DNA from: a bacterium
Lineage (GTDB): Bacteria; UBA8248
Direction of reading: 5' to 3'
Length of the DNA: 64,000 nt
NCBI GenBank assembly: GCA_965207065.1
Contig: OZ242260.1
Location: 1,952,001 to 2,016,000 of the forward strand
Positions 26,758 through 36,529 of the stretch are shown here, in pieces. The notes beneath the pieces are model-generated. The model was given only the letters and a program-made list of their open reading frames with translations, had not been told where the DNA came from and ran no database searches. Both the position numbers and the translations under genes were made by a program. Positions within the stretch are counted from its first letter, which is position 1. Each line of letters opens with the position of its first letter.

Positions 26758-27996
26758 TCACGGGCGAGCGGCGGCATCCCGGCTGCGCTTTTCGCCGCCG
26801 CCCTCGGCCCATCTCATGGCGGCGTAGGTCCCCGCTCCAAAGACCCCGAAAGCGGCCATCAGGGCGTAGATGGTTCCATCGAAACTGTGGCCCACGAGCG
26901 CTCCGAATGGCACCGAGATAAAGGTGGAGAGCGAAGCCACCACTCCCGCTCCCACCCCGGCGATGTGGCCGAGGGGTTCCATGGCGAGCGCATTGAGATT
27001 CCCGAAGAGGAGTCCGATGCAGAGAAAAATGACGAGCAGGCAGGTCATGAACAGCCAAAACGGAGGGAGTCCCTCGAAGGCGAAGGCCAGCGTCCACGAA
27101 ACGGCCGAGACCAGCGTCAAGGACACCGTCGCCATCCTCGAGAGCCGGCGCATCCCGTACTTCATCACGAGCCACCCGTTCACGAGCGAGGCGCCTCCGA
27201 AGGCGAGCGCCAGCATGCCGAAATAGACCGGGAACAGCACGCCTGTCCCGTAGGCCTCCTGGAAGATTTGCTGGGAGGAACTGAGGTAGGCCACGAACGG
27301 CGCGAACACGCATCCGGTAGCCACGGTGTATCCGAGCGCGGCCCGAATCCGCAGCGCCTCCAGGGCGGCGCCGCCGACCGCGCGCGGGGAGAGGGGCCGC
27401 CGGCGGGCGGGGGGCAGGGTTTCCGGCTGGCGAAGTGAAAACCATGCGAACGTGAACGCAGCGATGATGAAGAAAGCTGCGAATATCGCACGCCAGCCGC
27501 CCAGCCACTGTATCCCCTGTCCGAGGACTGGAGCGACGGTGGGAACGAGAATGAAAACGGCCATCGCAAACGACATGAGACGCGCCATCTGCCGTCCTTC
27601 GTATTGATCGCGCACCAGGGCGACGGTCACGATGCGCGGTCCCGCGATTCCGATGCCCTGCAGTATGCGGCCTGCAATCATCACCTCGAAAGTGTGTGCG
27701 AAGATGCTCATGACGCATCCCAACATGAACAAGACGAGGCCGGCATTGATGGAGGGCTTGCGTCCGATTCCGTCAGAGAGAGGCCCGAAAACGATCTGCC
27801 CGAGGCCGAGGCCCAGGAGCACGGCCGTGACGACGAACTGAACGTCGTTTCTGCGCGGTGCCCCGAGGTCGTGGCCTATCGCGGGCAGCGCCGGTAGTAT
27901 CGCGTCGATAGCGAGCGCGACGAGTGCCATCAGAAGGGCGACGAGGGGAACGAATTCGCCGGGGCGAAGGGCGGGTTTGATGGTCGCTTTGCTCAT
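26758..27996 (-). CDS. Bcr/CflA-family MFS efflux transporter
   Basis: ALAIDAILPALP, GPLSDGIGRKP, GRILQG, VRDQYEGRQMARLMS, PETL. About 12 hydrophobic segments. Confidence 0.9.
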   Translation of the reverse strand: MSKATIKPALRPGEFVPLVALLMALVALAIDAILPALPAIGHDLGAPRRNDVQFVVTAVLLGLGLGQIVFGPLSDGIGRKPSINAGLVLFMLGCVMSIFAHTFEVMIAGRILQGIGIAGPRIVTVALVRDQYEGRQMARLMSFAMAVFILVPTVAPVLGQGIQWLGGWRAIFAAFFIIAAFTFAWFSLRQPETLPPARRRPLSPRAVGGAALEALRIRAALGYTVATGCVFAPFVAYLSSSQQIFQEAYGTGVLFPVYFGMLALAFGGASLVNGWLVMKYGMRRLSRMATVSLTLVSAVSWTLAFAFEGLPPFWLFMTCLLVIFLCIGLLFGNLNALAMEPLGHIAGVGAGVVASLSTFISVPFGALVGHSFDGTIYALMAAFGVFGAGTYAAMRWAEGGGEKRSRDAAARP

Positions 27997-28138
27997 TTTT
28001 CCTCCCAGGCTGTCCATACCGTTTGAATCTGTGTCGATTCGATCATGGTCCGCACGGCATCAGCCAGCGCACGGTCACGCACTAGCGCCTCGCGGTCTGA
28101 TACGGAGCCAGTGTCTCACCTTTCACCACTTTATGCGC

Positions 28139-28191
28139 CTCGAAACCTGTTGTGCAGGCAACTGCGCCGGGGGTTTGAATCCCTCTCTCCC
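28139..28191 (+). repeat. Degenerate direct repeat of the tRNA-Ser 3' half (att-like), continued at 30137-30146
   Basis: CTCGAAACCTGTTGTGCAGGCAACTGCGCCGGGGGTTTGAATCCCTC versus tRNA 26437 CTCGAAATCTGTTGTGCAGGTAACTGCACCGGGGGTTCGAATCCCTC (4 transitions). The terminal CTCTCCGCCA reappears at 30137. Confidence 0.88.
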
Positions 28192-28385
28192 GGGGCTGTT
28201 GAGAAAGCCTTTGTCTGGGGCATCGCCTTTAGCGGGAAGGCCGCTTTCGCGCGAACCCCCGACCCTCCCTCGTCGTAAGCAACCCCCCCTACCTCCCCTC
28301 ATCGGGGTTGTTGTCAAAAGTCTCGATTACGTGATTCGGCGTTTGGAATCAACAGATGAGAGAGAAGAACCACTCCCCCCTTGAG

Positions 28386-29905
28386 GGGTCTGTTGAAAAA
28401 CCCCCGGCATTGTGATTGGGTGTAAGGACACTATCTCGCCCGAGATGGGAGTTCCCTCGATGATAGGCAGCAAGAGGCGCGAGCAGATGGATTTGTTCGT
28501 GGCGGGCTCGCTGGATCGGCTGATCCCCGAGGATCACGTTCTGTACCGCGTGCATCAGGTGCTGGATTTGAGTTGGCTTCGGGAGGAGGTGGCGGATTGC
28601 TATTGCGCGGACAACGGTCGTCCGGGGATCGACCCGGAGGTGGCGGTTCGCCTGATGCTGGCGGGTCTTCTGCTGGGCTACGTTCACGACCGCCGTCTGC
28701 TTCGCGAGGCGCGGGCGCACCTGGCGATCCGGTGGTTCATCGGGTACGGGCTGCACGAGGAGTTGCCGGACCATTCGAGCCTGACGCGGATTCGTCAGCG
28801 CTGGGGGGAGGCGCGCTTCCGGGCGATATTCCGCCGGACGGTGCAGGCGTGCCTGGAGGCGAAGGTGGCGAAGGGGGAGGTGGTTCACGTGGACGCTTCC
28901 CTGATCCGTGCGGACGTGAGCTGGGAGAGTCTGGCGGCGCACCACGCGGACGAGGTGATTCGGGAGAATCCCGTGGAGGATAAGCCTGAGAAGAAGGGGC
29001 GTGGCCGCGGCGGCGGGGGACCGGTGAGCCGGACGGACCCCGACGCGCGGCTTGCGCGCAAGAGCGCGCGGGCGAGGTTCGAGCCGAGCTACAAGCACCA
29101 CGCGGTGGTGGACGATGAGGGGGGTGTGGTTCTCGACGTGTCGGTGACGGAGGGGACGCTGAACGAGCGGGAGATGATGGCGTCCCATATAGAGGCGGTA
29201 AGCGAGTTGTCGGGCCGCGCGCCGGAGATGGTGACGGCGGATTCGGGGTATGCGTATTCGAAGGTGTACGCGGCATTGGAGGGTCGGGGCGTGTCCGCGC
29301 TCATCCCGGCGAAGAAAGAACCCTCGCAGAGCCGGGTTCCGTTGCGGCTGTTCCGCTACGATGCGCGCCACGGGATCGTGAAGTGTCCGGGTGGCAAGAC
29401 GCTGCGTCCCCGGCGGAGCGAGGAGCGGGGGCGCTACTATGGTTCGAGGACGCGGGATTGCGCGGGCTGCGCGCTCAGGTCCGATTGTCTGCCGAAGTCG
29501 CAAACGAGCAAGGAGGTTTTGATTCCCAACGAGTACCCGGCGCTGTTGCGCGCGCGCCGGCGCCATGCGCGGTGGGGAGGGGACGAGCGCCGGCTGTGGC
29601 GTCGGCACATGGGGCGCTCGGAGGGTTATCACGGGGAAGCGAAGAGTTGGCACGGACTGGGGCGGGCGATGCGCCGCGGTCTGGAGAACGTGCGGATCCA
29701 GTCCTACCTGACGGCGATGGCGGTGAACCTCAAGCGGCTGGCCGCCGCCCTTGCGGCGCGTATATTCGCCCTGTGGAGGGCCTGTGCCGCCCGGAAACGC
29801 CGTCTGCGCGCACATGGCGCCCTCACGCGCCGATGGGGCTCCCTCTCCGCCGCCGCGTGAACCGCCATACCGCCCGCTTCAAAAACGGAGTTTTTCAACA
29901 GGCCC
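28386..29905 (+). mobile_element. IS1182-family insertion sequence
   Basis: Inverted repeats GGGTCTGTTGAAAAAC / GTTTTTCAACAGGCCC. Direct repeat TTGAG on both sides; its exact length is ambiguous because the target is palindromic. Confidence 0.9.
28412..29860 (+). CDS. IS1182-family DDE transposase
   Basis: LIPEDHVL, GRPGIDPE, LPDHSSLTRIRQR, VDASLIRA, SRTDPDA, ADSGY, CP..C..C..C, EGYHGEAKSWHGL. True start may be at 28444-28460. Confidence 0.92.
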   Translation: MIGCKDTISPEMGVPSMIGSKRREQMDLFVAGSLDRLIPEDHVLYRVHQVLDLSWLREEVADCYCADNGRPGIDPEVAVRLMLAGLLLGYVHDRRLLREARAHLAIRWFIGYGLHEELPDHSSLTRIRQRWGEARFRAIFRRTVQACLEAKVAKGEVVHVDASLIRADVSWESLAAHHADEVIRENPVEDKPEKKGRGRGGGGPVSRTDPDARLARKSARARFEPSYKHHAVVDDEGGVVLDVSVTEGTLNEREMMASHIEAVSELSGRAPEMVTADSGYAYSKVYAALEGRGVSALIPAKKEPSQSRVPLRLFRYDARHGIVKCPGGKTLRPRRSEERGRYYGSRTRDCAGCALRSDCLPKSQTSKEVLIPNEYPALLRARRRHARWGGDERRLWRRHMGRSEGYHGEAKSWHGLGRAMRRGLENVRIQSYLTAMAVNLKRLAAALAARIFALWRACAARKRRLRAHGALTRRWGSLSAAA

Positions 29906-30148
29906 TTGAGGGGGAGTCGCAGAAGCCGAGCGGTTTGTGCGAAGGCTGATGCGGTGGGGGGTGAATCGTGTTTATCGTGCAATTTCAATTATACCCCCCA
30001 CCGGTTCGCTTGCGGGCTTGCGCCCTTAGCTCACCGTCGGTCTTCCCGAAGAGGAAAGACCGACCCTCAAGGGGGGAGTGAACTTCAAAGGCGTGCGCGC
30101 AACCTAAATCGCTCACGAGGACTTTTCAACAGCCCCCTCTCCGCCAGA

Positions 30149-30238
30149 TTTCATACGGTCAGGGTTGGTGATCGCCCAAACTTCACGTAGCCTCTTTCGT
30201 ATGGGCGAACCCGGTGGAGACAGAAATCTTTCGCAGCC
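30149..30238 (+). repeat. Two units of the 44-47 bp repeat family after the displaced tRNA end
   Basis: TTTCATACGGTCAGG...TCACGTAGCC (44 bp) and TCTTTCGTATGGGCGAACCCGGTGG...TTTCGCAGCC (46 bp). Confidence 0.7.
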
Positions 30239-30437
30239 TTCTTGCCGCTATTTCGCGTGGGTGCGCCAGGGGTCGCCATCCCCAATCAAGACAGGCCCTG
30301 GGGCGATGGCGCCGGGATTGATCCTGGCGGTGAAGTATTGACCCTTTTTTTCGTATCGAGCGACAATTTCTGGAGGTTATCGAGAACGCGTAAGTCCAGA
30401 CTCCTCCATGTAGCGACCCAATCGAGGGAGGTTACCG

Positions 30438-31430
30438 ATGATACCGGCGGATGAGACATTCGACGGCACATGGCCGTATGAGCCGCATTTTTTCGAAGGG
30501 AACGGCTTTCGCCAGCACTATATTGACGAGCGCGGGGGTGAGGAGGGCGCAGAGGACGTCATTGTCTGTCTCCACGGCGAACCGACGTGGGGTTATCTCT
30601 ACCGGAACTTCATTCCCAGGCTGCGAAAGCTGGGGCGCGTCATCGTGCCGGACCACATGGGCTTCGGCAAAAGCGAAACCCCCCAGGACAAGGACTATTC
30701 CATTCGTGAGCATAGCGATAACCTTGAGGCCCTGCTCCTGGACCTCGACGCGCGGAACATCACCTTCGTCATGCAGGACTGGGGCGGCTCCATCGGGGCC
30801 AGCTTCGCCGTGCGCCATCCGGAGCGCATCAAGTGTCTATGTATCTGCAACACCTATGCGCCCTGGGCGAGAATACCGACAGACGGAAAGTTCCCGACTC
30901 CCGAGCATAAATGGTTCAACTGGGTGCAGACGGATCAATACGAACCCACCCTTCTGAATCTCGGCGCGACGGTGCTGTCGGTGATGAAGAGAATCGGCTT
31001 CGAGCGCACCGCGCATGTGGACGAGACCTGGGTCCGCGCTTACGCCAGCCCGTTTCCCACCCCGGAGTCCTGTCGTGGCGCGCTGCAATTCCCCCGGAAC
31101 ATCACGGATCCAAAAACCTTCGAATTCTTCCAGGAGCTCGCGGAGGAGCACGACGTGGAAGTCTTGAAGACCATTCCCGCCATGTGCATTCACGGGGAAG
31201 AGGACCGGGCGATGCCCGCCAGGTATACGGTCTTTCGGTTCAAGAGCATCTGGCCCAATGGCCCGGTCGTCACCCTGCCGGGCGTCGGTCATTTCGTGCA
31301 GGAAGACGCGCCGGAGACGGTGACGGCTCTCATCGAGCAGTTCGTCCAGATCAACAATCCGCCCGTCGATGCTTTTTCCGAGCCGAGCCGGGCGTGGAAC
31401 GAAGGCGACCGGTGGACGAAAGCCAAGTAG
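30438..31430 (+). CDS. Haloalkane dehalogenase-like alpha/beta hydrolase
   Basis: LHGEPTWGYLYR, PDHMGFGKS, QDWGG (Asp nucleophile), AYASPFP, GHFVQED. Confidence 0.85.
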   Translation: MIPADETFDGTWPYEPHFFEGNGFRQHYIDERGGEEGAEDVIVCLHGEPTWGYLYRNFIPRLRKLGRVIVPDHMGFGKSETPQDKDYSIREHSDNLEALLLDLDARNITFVMQDWGGSIGASFAVRHPERIKCLCICNTYAPWARIPTDGKFPTPEHKWFNWVQTDQYEPTLLNLGATVLSVMKRIGFERTAHVDETWVRAYASPFPTPESCRGALQFPRNITDPKTFEFFQELAEEHDVEVLKTIPAMCIHGEEDRAMPARYTVFRFKSIWPNGPVVTLPGVGHFVQEDAPETVTALIEQFVQINNPPVDAFSEPSRAWNEGDRWTKAK

Positions 31431-31675
31431 TGATCATTCCTGTTACGGACACGGGTACTGCTCCACCGAATCTGATTTTCAGTCGTCATTCCGGCGGTGG
31501 ATTGCATCGTAACGATGGACGTATCTTTCCGCTCGTCCAGGATTGACGGTCACGCCTGAAATGCGGGCGGACACACGGGGTCCGCCCCTGCAAGCGCAAA
31601 TGACTCGAACGGAGCATCTCTCAAGGCCAGGCGTCCCGTTTGATAACCGGCCGCAAAGCCGATATGTTGCCGCAC

Positions 31676-32679
31676 ATGAAACTCTCGACCGCGATTACCC
31701 GCATGCTGGACATCGACCACCCGATCCTGCTCGCTCCGATGGGCGGCGTCGCGGGCGGCGCGCTTGCCCGCGAGGTCTCCGCCGCAGGCGGGTTGGGCCT
31801 GATAAGCGCCGGCTACGCAGACCCCGCGTTCGGCTACGGCTCGGACGAGTGGATTCGGGGCGAGTTCGACAAAGCGGAAGAGGGCGCGGTCGGGGTCGGC
31901 TTCATCACCTGGGCGCTGAAGAAACGGCCCGGCGCGCTCGACGCCGCGCTGGAATGCAGGCCCAAGGCCGTCATGCTCTCATTCGGCGACATCGAACCCT
32001 ACGCCCGAAGATTCGGGAAGCCGGCGCGACGCTGATCTGCCAGGTCCAGACACTGAAAGACGCACGCGAAGCGGCGGCGAAGGGAGCCCAAATCATCGTC
32101 GCCCAGGGCACGGAGGCCGGGGGCCACGGGGCCGAGCGCTCCACGCTGCCGCTCGTTCCGGCGGTCGCCGATGCGGTGGCGCCGATTCCGGTCGCGGCAG
32201 CGGGCGGCATCGGTGATGGGCGCGGCCTGGCCGCCGCCCTGATGCTGGGCGCCGAGGCCGTCCTGATCGGCACCCGCTTCTTCGCCACGCGCGAAGCGCT
32301 GGGCCATCCGAACCAGAAAGCGTTGATCGAGCGAACGGGCGGCGACCACACGCTGCGCACCAAGGCCTTCGACACGGCCCGCGGCGTCACCTGGCCGGAG
32401 CCCTACACCGGACGCGCCATCCGCAACGCATTCGCCGAATCCTGGCATGGCCGCGACGACGAACTGCGGGAGCAGAACCCATCGATGCGCGAGCGCTTCT
32501 TCGAGGCGCTGCGCGGGGGGGATACGGATATGGCGGCCACCTTCGCCGGCGAGGGGCTGGACCTGATAACCGACCGCCCGGGCGCGGGCGAACTGGTTGC
32601 GCGGATCGCAGAAGAGGCGATAGACGCGCTCTCCAGGGCGCAAAGCCGTTTTCCGGGCCTGGACCCGGCTGGAGGCTGA
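31676..32679 (+). pseudogene. Nitronate monooxygenase (NPD) family, single frameshift
   Basis: N-terminal part PILLAPMGGVAGG in one frame; C-terminal part AQGTEAGGHG, AAGGIGDGRG, IGTRF in another. One extra C at 32004-32006 restores a 334-aa frame. Confidence 0.85.
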
Positions 32680-32833
32680 TGGAAGGTTTCATTCGCCGCG
32701 CGTCATACCAGCGCGCCATTCGCTGTTCATGCCGGCATTGACCCCGCGTCGGGTTTCGCGAGGGGAAGGCCCGATGAAAAAGGCTTTGAGTGGGTAAAGG
32801 CAACCTCCTTGAAAGAGAAATCCCATAAACTCA

Positions 32834-32975
32834 ACCCCCCTTACTCCCCCTTGTCAGGGGTCAAACGCGAGTGAGGAACGAGCGTTTGCATAAGCCATTG
32901 ACGAGAAACGCATCGGCTCGCAAAACCTCCTTCTTCGGTCGGTTTTGACCCTGACAAGGGGGGGTAGGGGGGGGT
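32834..32975. repeat. REP/REPIN-like inverted repeat
   Basis: ACCCCCCTTACTCCCCCTTGTCAGGGGTCAAA ... TTTGACCCTGACAAGGGGGGGTAGGGGGGGGT. A related half copy is at about 28281-28303, and an IS1182-like end GGACTTTTTCAACAATCCCC is at 33061-33080. Confidence 0.7.
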
Positions 32976-33166
32976 GCTTTTGTAGGGACAGGCACGGGGG
33001 CCGGACAATCCCGATAAGGGTCGTCCGGCTACGGCCACTTGCGTCCATTCCTCCTTTATCGGACTTTTTCAACAATCCCCGGCAGAGGATGCGCCGGGAG
33101 ATATCAAGCATTTGACGGACGGGCGCCGCCGGCAGCGCGCCAGGGCGACCCGCCATTCGCTCCGGA

Positions 33167-34156
33167 TCAAGGCCGCCGGCTTCGCCCCGGGTTTCCGAAA
33201 GATTCGCTCAGTGCGGTGAAGATTCCCTCGAGCGACCCCCGGCTGCCGTCGGTTTCCGTGAACTCGGCCAGGCTGGTTCCCGCCACGAGGCGGGGATTTC
33301 CCTCGCCGTCGGGCCGGTTCGAGAACCGCCCCTCCCAGGAACCGCCCGATTGCGCCACGCTGCGTCCCGGATGCGCGACCCGCACGTCGGCGGCGCGGAA
33401 GGCGCCGCCCCGCGTGAAGGGCGTGGGGCCGAGATGCACCTCGTAGTCGGTGGGAGTGGCCGCCGGGGGTTCGCCCTGCCTCCACCCCAGGGCGAGCCGC
33501 AGATGAGAGCGCCCGATTTCGATGTCTCCCGTGCAGCCGATGCAGCCCTGAATCGTATTGCTGGAAAAGTCCGCTAGGAGGTTGATGACGCCCTGGACCT
33601 CTTCAAACACCTCGGTTCCTGCGAGCTGCCCCCAACCGCTCCCGTACTGGTAGGCGTAGAGTCCGCCCGAGGTACCGGTGTAGGTCGCCGCTCCCGATAC
33701 GGGCATCCGGGGTGGGTTGGAGGTGTCGAGTTCCGTGCCCTCGACGAATATGCCTCTCTCGGACGCGAAAACGGGAAAGCGCGGATAGCGGGGCCGCCCC
33801 TCGAACTGGAGCCACCACCCGGCGACCAGATAGTCGGTCTGCACGTCGTTGTCCCAGTTGAGGAGCGCGTAAACGATGGTGGTGTTTTCGCTCGTTCTGT
33901 TGAAAAGCGTCCAGAAGCGCCCGGAGTGGTCGGGCAGGGCCGGCGTGACGGATGAGGAATACGCAGCGTCCCTGGCCGTGTTGAGCCTGAGCGTGCGCCC
34001 GTCCGCCGGCGTCACTTCCACGTCGAGGACCCGGCCGTCGAACCGGGTGACCCTTTTGAAGTCCACCCGGTCCTCTCCGGCGAAACCGCCGCCCCCGCCC
34101 CCGGCGCAGCCCAGGACAAGGAATGCCGACAGGATCAGAATAAAATGGCGCATCAT
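33167..34156 (-). CDS. Surface lipoprotein with a TbpB/transferrin-binding-like beta-barrel C-terminus
   Basis: AAGGAG RBS, lipobox LVLG-C then a poly-Gly linker, MPVSGAATYTG, LLADFSSNTIQG, GSWEGRF..VAGT. Confidence 0.6.
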   Translation of the reverse strand: MMRHFILILSAFLVLGCAGGGGGGFAGEDRVDFKRVTRFDGRVLDVEVTPADGRTLRLNTARDAAYSSSVTPALPDHSGRFWTLFNRTSENTTIVYALLNWDNDVQTDYLVAGWWLQFEGRPRYPRFPVFASERGIFVEGTELDTSNPPRMPVSGAATYTGTSGGLYAYQYGSGWGQLAGTEVFEEVQGVINLLADFSSNTIQGCIGCTGDIEIGRSHLRLALGWRQGEPPAATPTDYEVHLGPTPFTRGGAFRAADVRVAHPGRSVAQSGGSWEGRFSNRPDGEGNPRLVAGTSLAEFTETDGSRGSLEGIFTALSESFGNPGRSRRP

Positions 34157-34487
34157 GACGAAACTCTCCTTCCGGACGGGCGATTTCAGCACACCGGCTT
34201 CCACATCCACGCCTTGGCTTGCTGGATGGACTGGATATTCTCATGCGTTCTGTCGTTCGTGCCGCAACTTTGCTGATCCTGAAACGATAACAGGATGACA
34301 GGCGCGAAGTCACCACCCTGATTCACGGCGCGCCAGTAAGACGTTTCCTCCCATCGGCCGGGATTGAACGCAGGGGAGAACCTGTCGTTTCGCTCCCGAC
34401 AAAAACCACGATCTTCTCCTTGGCAGGCCGACACCCCGCAATTGCCCGCATTTCCCGTAAGTGTCTTTCAGGGAGACTCCTGTAGCC

Positions 34488-34905
34488 TTTTATGCGGGCA
34501 GGGCCTGCGGGGCGCCGAGTCTCTCGCAGCCTCTGATATGGGCGATCCTGGTGGCGCATCCTCGCTTCTCGCAGCCTTTGATGCGGGCGGGCCGGGTGGA
34601 AGCCCGTATCGCTCGCGGCCTTTTCTACGGGCGGACCCTGCGGGGCGTTCACGCTTCACGCAGTCTTTGAGGAAGGCGGGCCCGACAGACGCACGTATCG
34701 CTCGCGGCCTTTCAGGCGGAATCGGAGTCGATGAAATGAGGAAATCTCCCGAAGTCGTTCATATGGGCAGACCCGGCGGCGCGTCCTCGTATTTCGCAGC
34801 CATTCATACGGGCAGACCTGGCGGGGAGTTCGCGCTTTTCACAGCCATTCATACGGGCAGGCCCGTCAGCGCGTTCGCGTATTTCGCAGCCTCGTATGCG
34901 GGCGG
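34488..34905 (+). repeat. Tandem array of nine full 44-47 bp degenerate repeats plus a partial unit
   Basis: Unit ends at 34531, 34576, 34620, 34665, 34709, 34756, 34801, 34846 and 34891. Conserved ends (T/A)TTCATACGGGC ... TCGCAGCC. Confidence 0.85.
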
Positions 34906-35216
34906 TATGGAGCAAACGGCCAGGAATCGCGAATTGTCGGGAAAATCGATAAATATCGATAAATTCACGGGGTTTTTCGATAAATTACTGAAAGGGATGC
35001 GCCCTGTAAATGGTTGTAATCAAAAGAGTTGCCATATAAACCTGAGCGAAGTGCACTCAGATCCGGCGATAAAATAAGTTTTTCGCCTCCCGCGCATTTG
35101 CCCGCAACTGCCCGTATTTCCTCTCGCACCGCATGACTCCGCAAACCCTCCCCGGTCGGCGAACGCCCGCTCCTCACTCGCGTTTGACCCGCCATTGCGC
35201 GCAATTGTCCGAGGCG

Positions 35217-36185
35217 CTACTTGCGGATGGTGCCGAAGCTGAAGCCTGTGATGAGGTGCTTCTGGATCAGGACGCCTAGCATAACCACGGGGATGGTAAT
35301 GACGGTTCCTATGGCCGCCTGCGGTCCGTAGAGCCTCCCCTCCACCGCGCTCTGGAACTTGTTGAGCAGGATGGGCAGCGTGACGACCCTCGGCTGGGTC
35401 AGCGTCAGCGCGAGCAGGAACTCGCTCCAGTTCAGGATGAAGATGAACAGGAATGTCACCACCATGCCCGGAGCGACCAGGGGCATCACGACGCGGCGAA
35501 GCGTGTAGATGCGGCCCGCGCCCATGATTTGCGCGGCGTGTTCGATGGTCTTGGGAATCTCCTCGATGAAGTTCAGCATCATCCAGATGACGAACGGCAG
35601 CGTGGTCGCTATGTAGAGAAGGCACAGGCCGGTGTAGGAGTCGATCATGCTGATCCGGTAGCCGAGAACCGTCTGGGTCGCGAACGGAATCATTATGGCG
35701 TAGTACATCACGACGGGAATCGCGATGATGATGGGCGGCACCATGCGGATGGTCAGGATCATGTAGCGGAAATACTTTCCGCCCACGTTGAAGCGCGATA
35801 TCGAGTAGGCCAGAAACGCGCCCAGCAGGAGCGCGAGCAGCGCGCTGATAGATGAGACGACCATAGAATCGCGCACCGCCCCCCAGATCGTGAAGACATG
35901 CTCGAGAACATCGCGGTTGAGGCGATCGCCGTGTCCGAACATGCTGAAAATCAGTCGGTAGTTGTCCAGGGTGGGTTCGTATCCCCCGCCGATGAAGGAC
36001 GGGAACCAGTTCGGCGGCCAGGTCAACCAGTCGCCCGAATCCTTGAAGGAAGTCGATATCATCCAGAAGATCGGGAACATGATCATGATCGCCCAGAGCA
36101 ACAGCGCGGCATGGCGGAACCAGAAGAAGAGGTTGTAGCGCTTGGCGAAGGACATCTCCGCGCGCCTGTCGGCCTCGTTCGTCAT
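35217..36185 (-). CDS. Carbohydrate ABC transporter permease (MalG-type), duplicate copy
   Basis: Nearly the same protein as 37594..38562. EAA-like motif IEHAAQIMGA. Confidence 0.9.
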   Translation of the reverse strand: MTNEADRRAEMSFAKRYNLFFWFRHAALLLWAIMIMFPIFWMISTSFKDSGDWLTWPPNWFPSFIGGGYEPTLDNYRLIFSMFGHGDRLNRDVLEHVFTIWGAVRDSMVVSSISALLALLLGAFLAYSISRFNVGGKYFRYMILTIRMVPPIIIAIPVVMYYAIMIPFATQTVLGYRISMIDSYTGLCLLYIATTLPFVIWMMLNFIEEIPKTIEHAAQIMGAGRIYTLRRVVMPLVAPGMVVTFLFIFILNWSEFLLALTLTQPRVVTLPILLNKFQSAVEGRLYGPQAAIGTVITIPVVMLGVLIQKHLITGFSFGTIRK

Positions 36186-36455
36186 CTCATTCCCTCCTCT
36201 CGGGCGATGGACCGCTCCCGCACGAGCAGATAAATCCTATAATTTATCAATGTTCCGAACATAAGGGCAACAGGTTCGAGGCGGTCGCGCCGAAGCCGTA
36301 CCTGTCGAGCTGCCGGACATGCCACCAGAGGACGAAGGCGATGATCTCGGTCGTAGAAACAGTGCGAGATATTGGAGCACGATGCCCAGGCCGCGACCGC
36401 CCGGCTCAAGATGTTCACCACGCGCTCGCCGATCATGATCGACCCGCTCGTGGGT
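36182..36455 (-). pseudogene. Remnants of the duplicated ABC operon: 3' tip of the MalF-type permease and a fragment of the ATPase
   Basis: 36182-36235 encodes IYLLVRERSIAREEGMR (compare IYLLVRERSIVEEERMG). About 36345-36455 encodes PTSGSIMIGERVVN / HLEPGGRGLGIVLQYLALF (compare PTSGTMLIGDRVVNHLEPGDRGLGMVFQDLALF). Confidence 0.8.
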
Positions 36456-36529
36456 CGAGCCGCGTAGGCGCATCCCGCTCATGTCGCGCCACTTCCGCCT
36501 TGAGCGACAGAGCGTCCTTCGCCTGCCCG

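Larger units (their letters stand above)
28371..30080. repeat. REP/REPIN-like palindromic element interrupted by the IS
   Basis: Terminal inverted repeats CACTCCCCCCTTGAGGG (28371) and CCCTCAAGGGGGGAGTG (30064-30080). About 185 bp once the IS is removed. Confidence 0.65.
28192..30136. mobile_element. Outer non-autonomous element with IS1182-like ends, inserted in the tRNA repeat
   Basis: Left end GGGGCTGTTGAGAAAG (28192) and right end ACTTTTCAACAGCCCC (30121-30136). CTCTCC lies on both flanks. A further left-type end GGGGTTGTTGTCAAAAGTC is at 28304. Confidence 0.6.

Noticed and set aside
34488-34905. CRISPR array
   Set aside because: The period is only 44-47 bp, the repeats are degenerate, the variable middles are related to each other, and no cas genes are in the window.
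34364-35077. 237-aa ORF across the repeat array as a real repeat protein
   Set aside because: Units of 44 and 47 bp shift the repeat between frames, there is no clear RBS, and the same unit occurs in non-coding positions after the tRNA. Not fully excluded.
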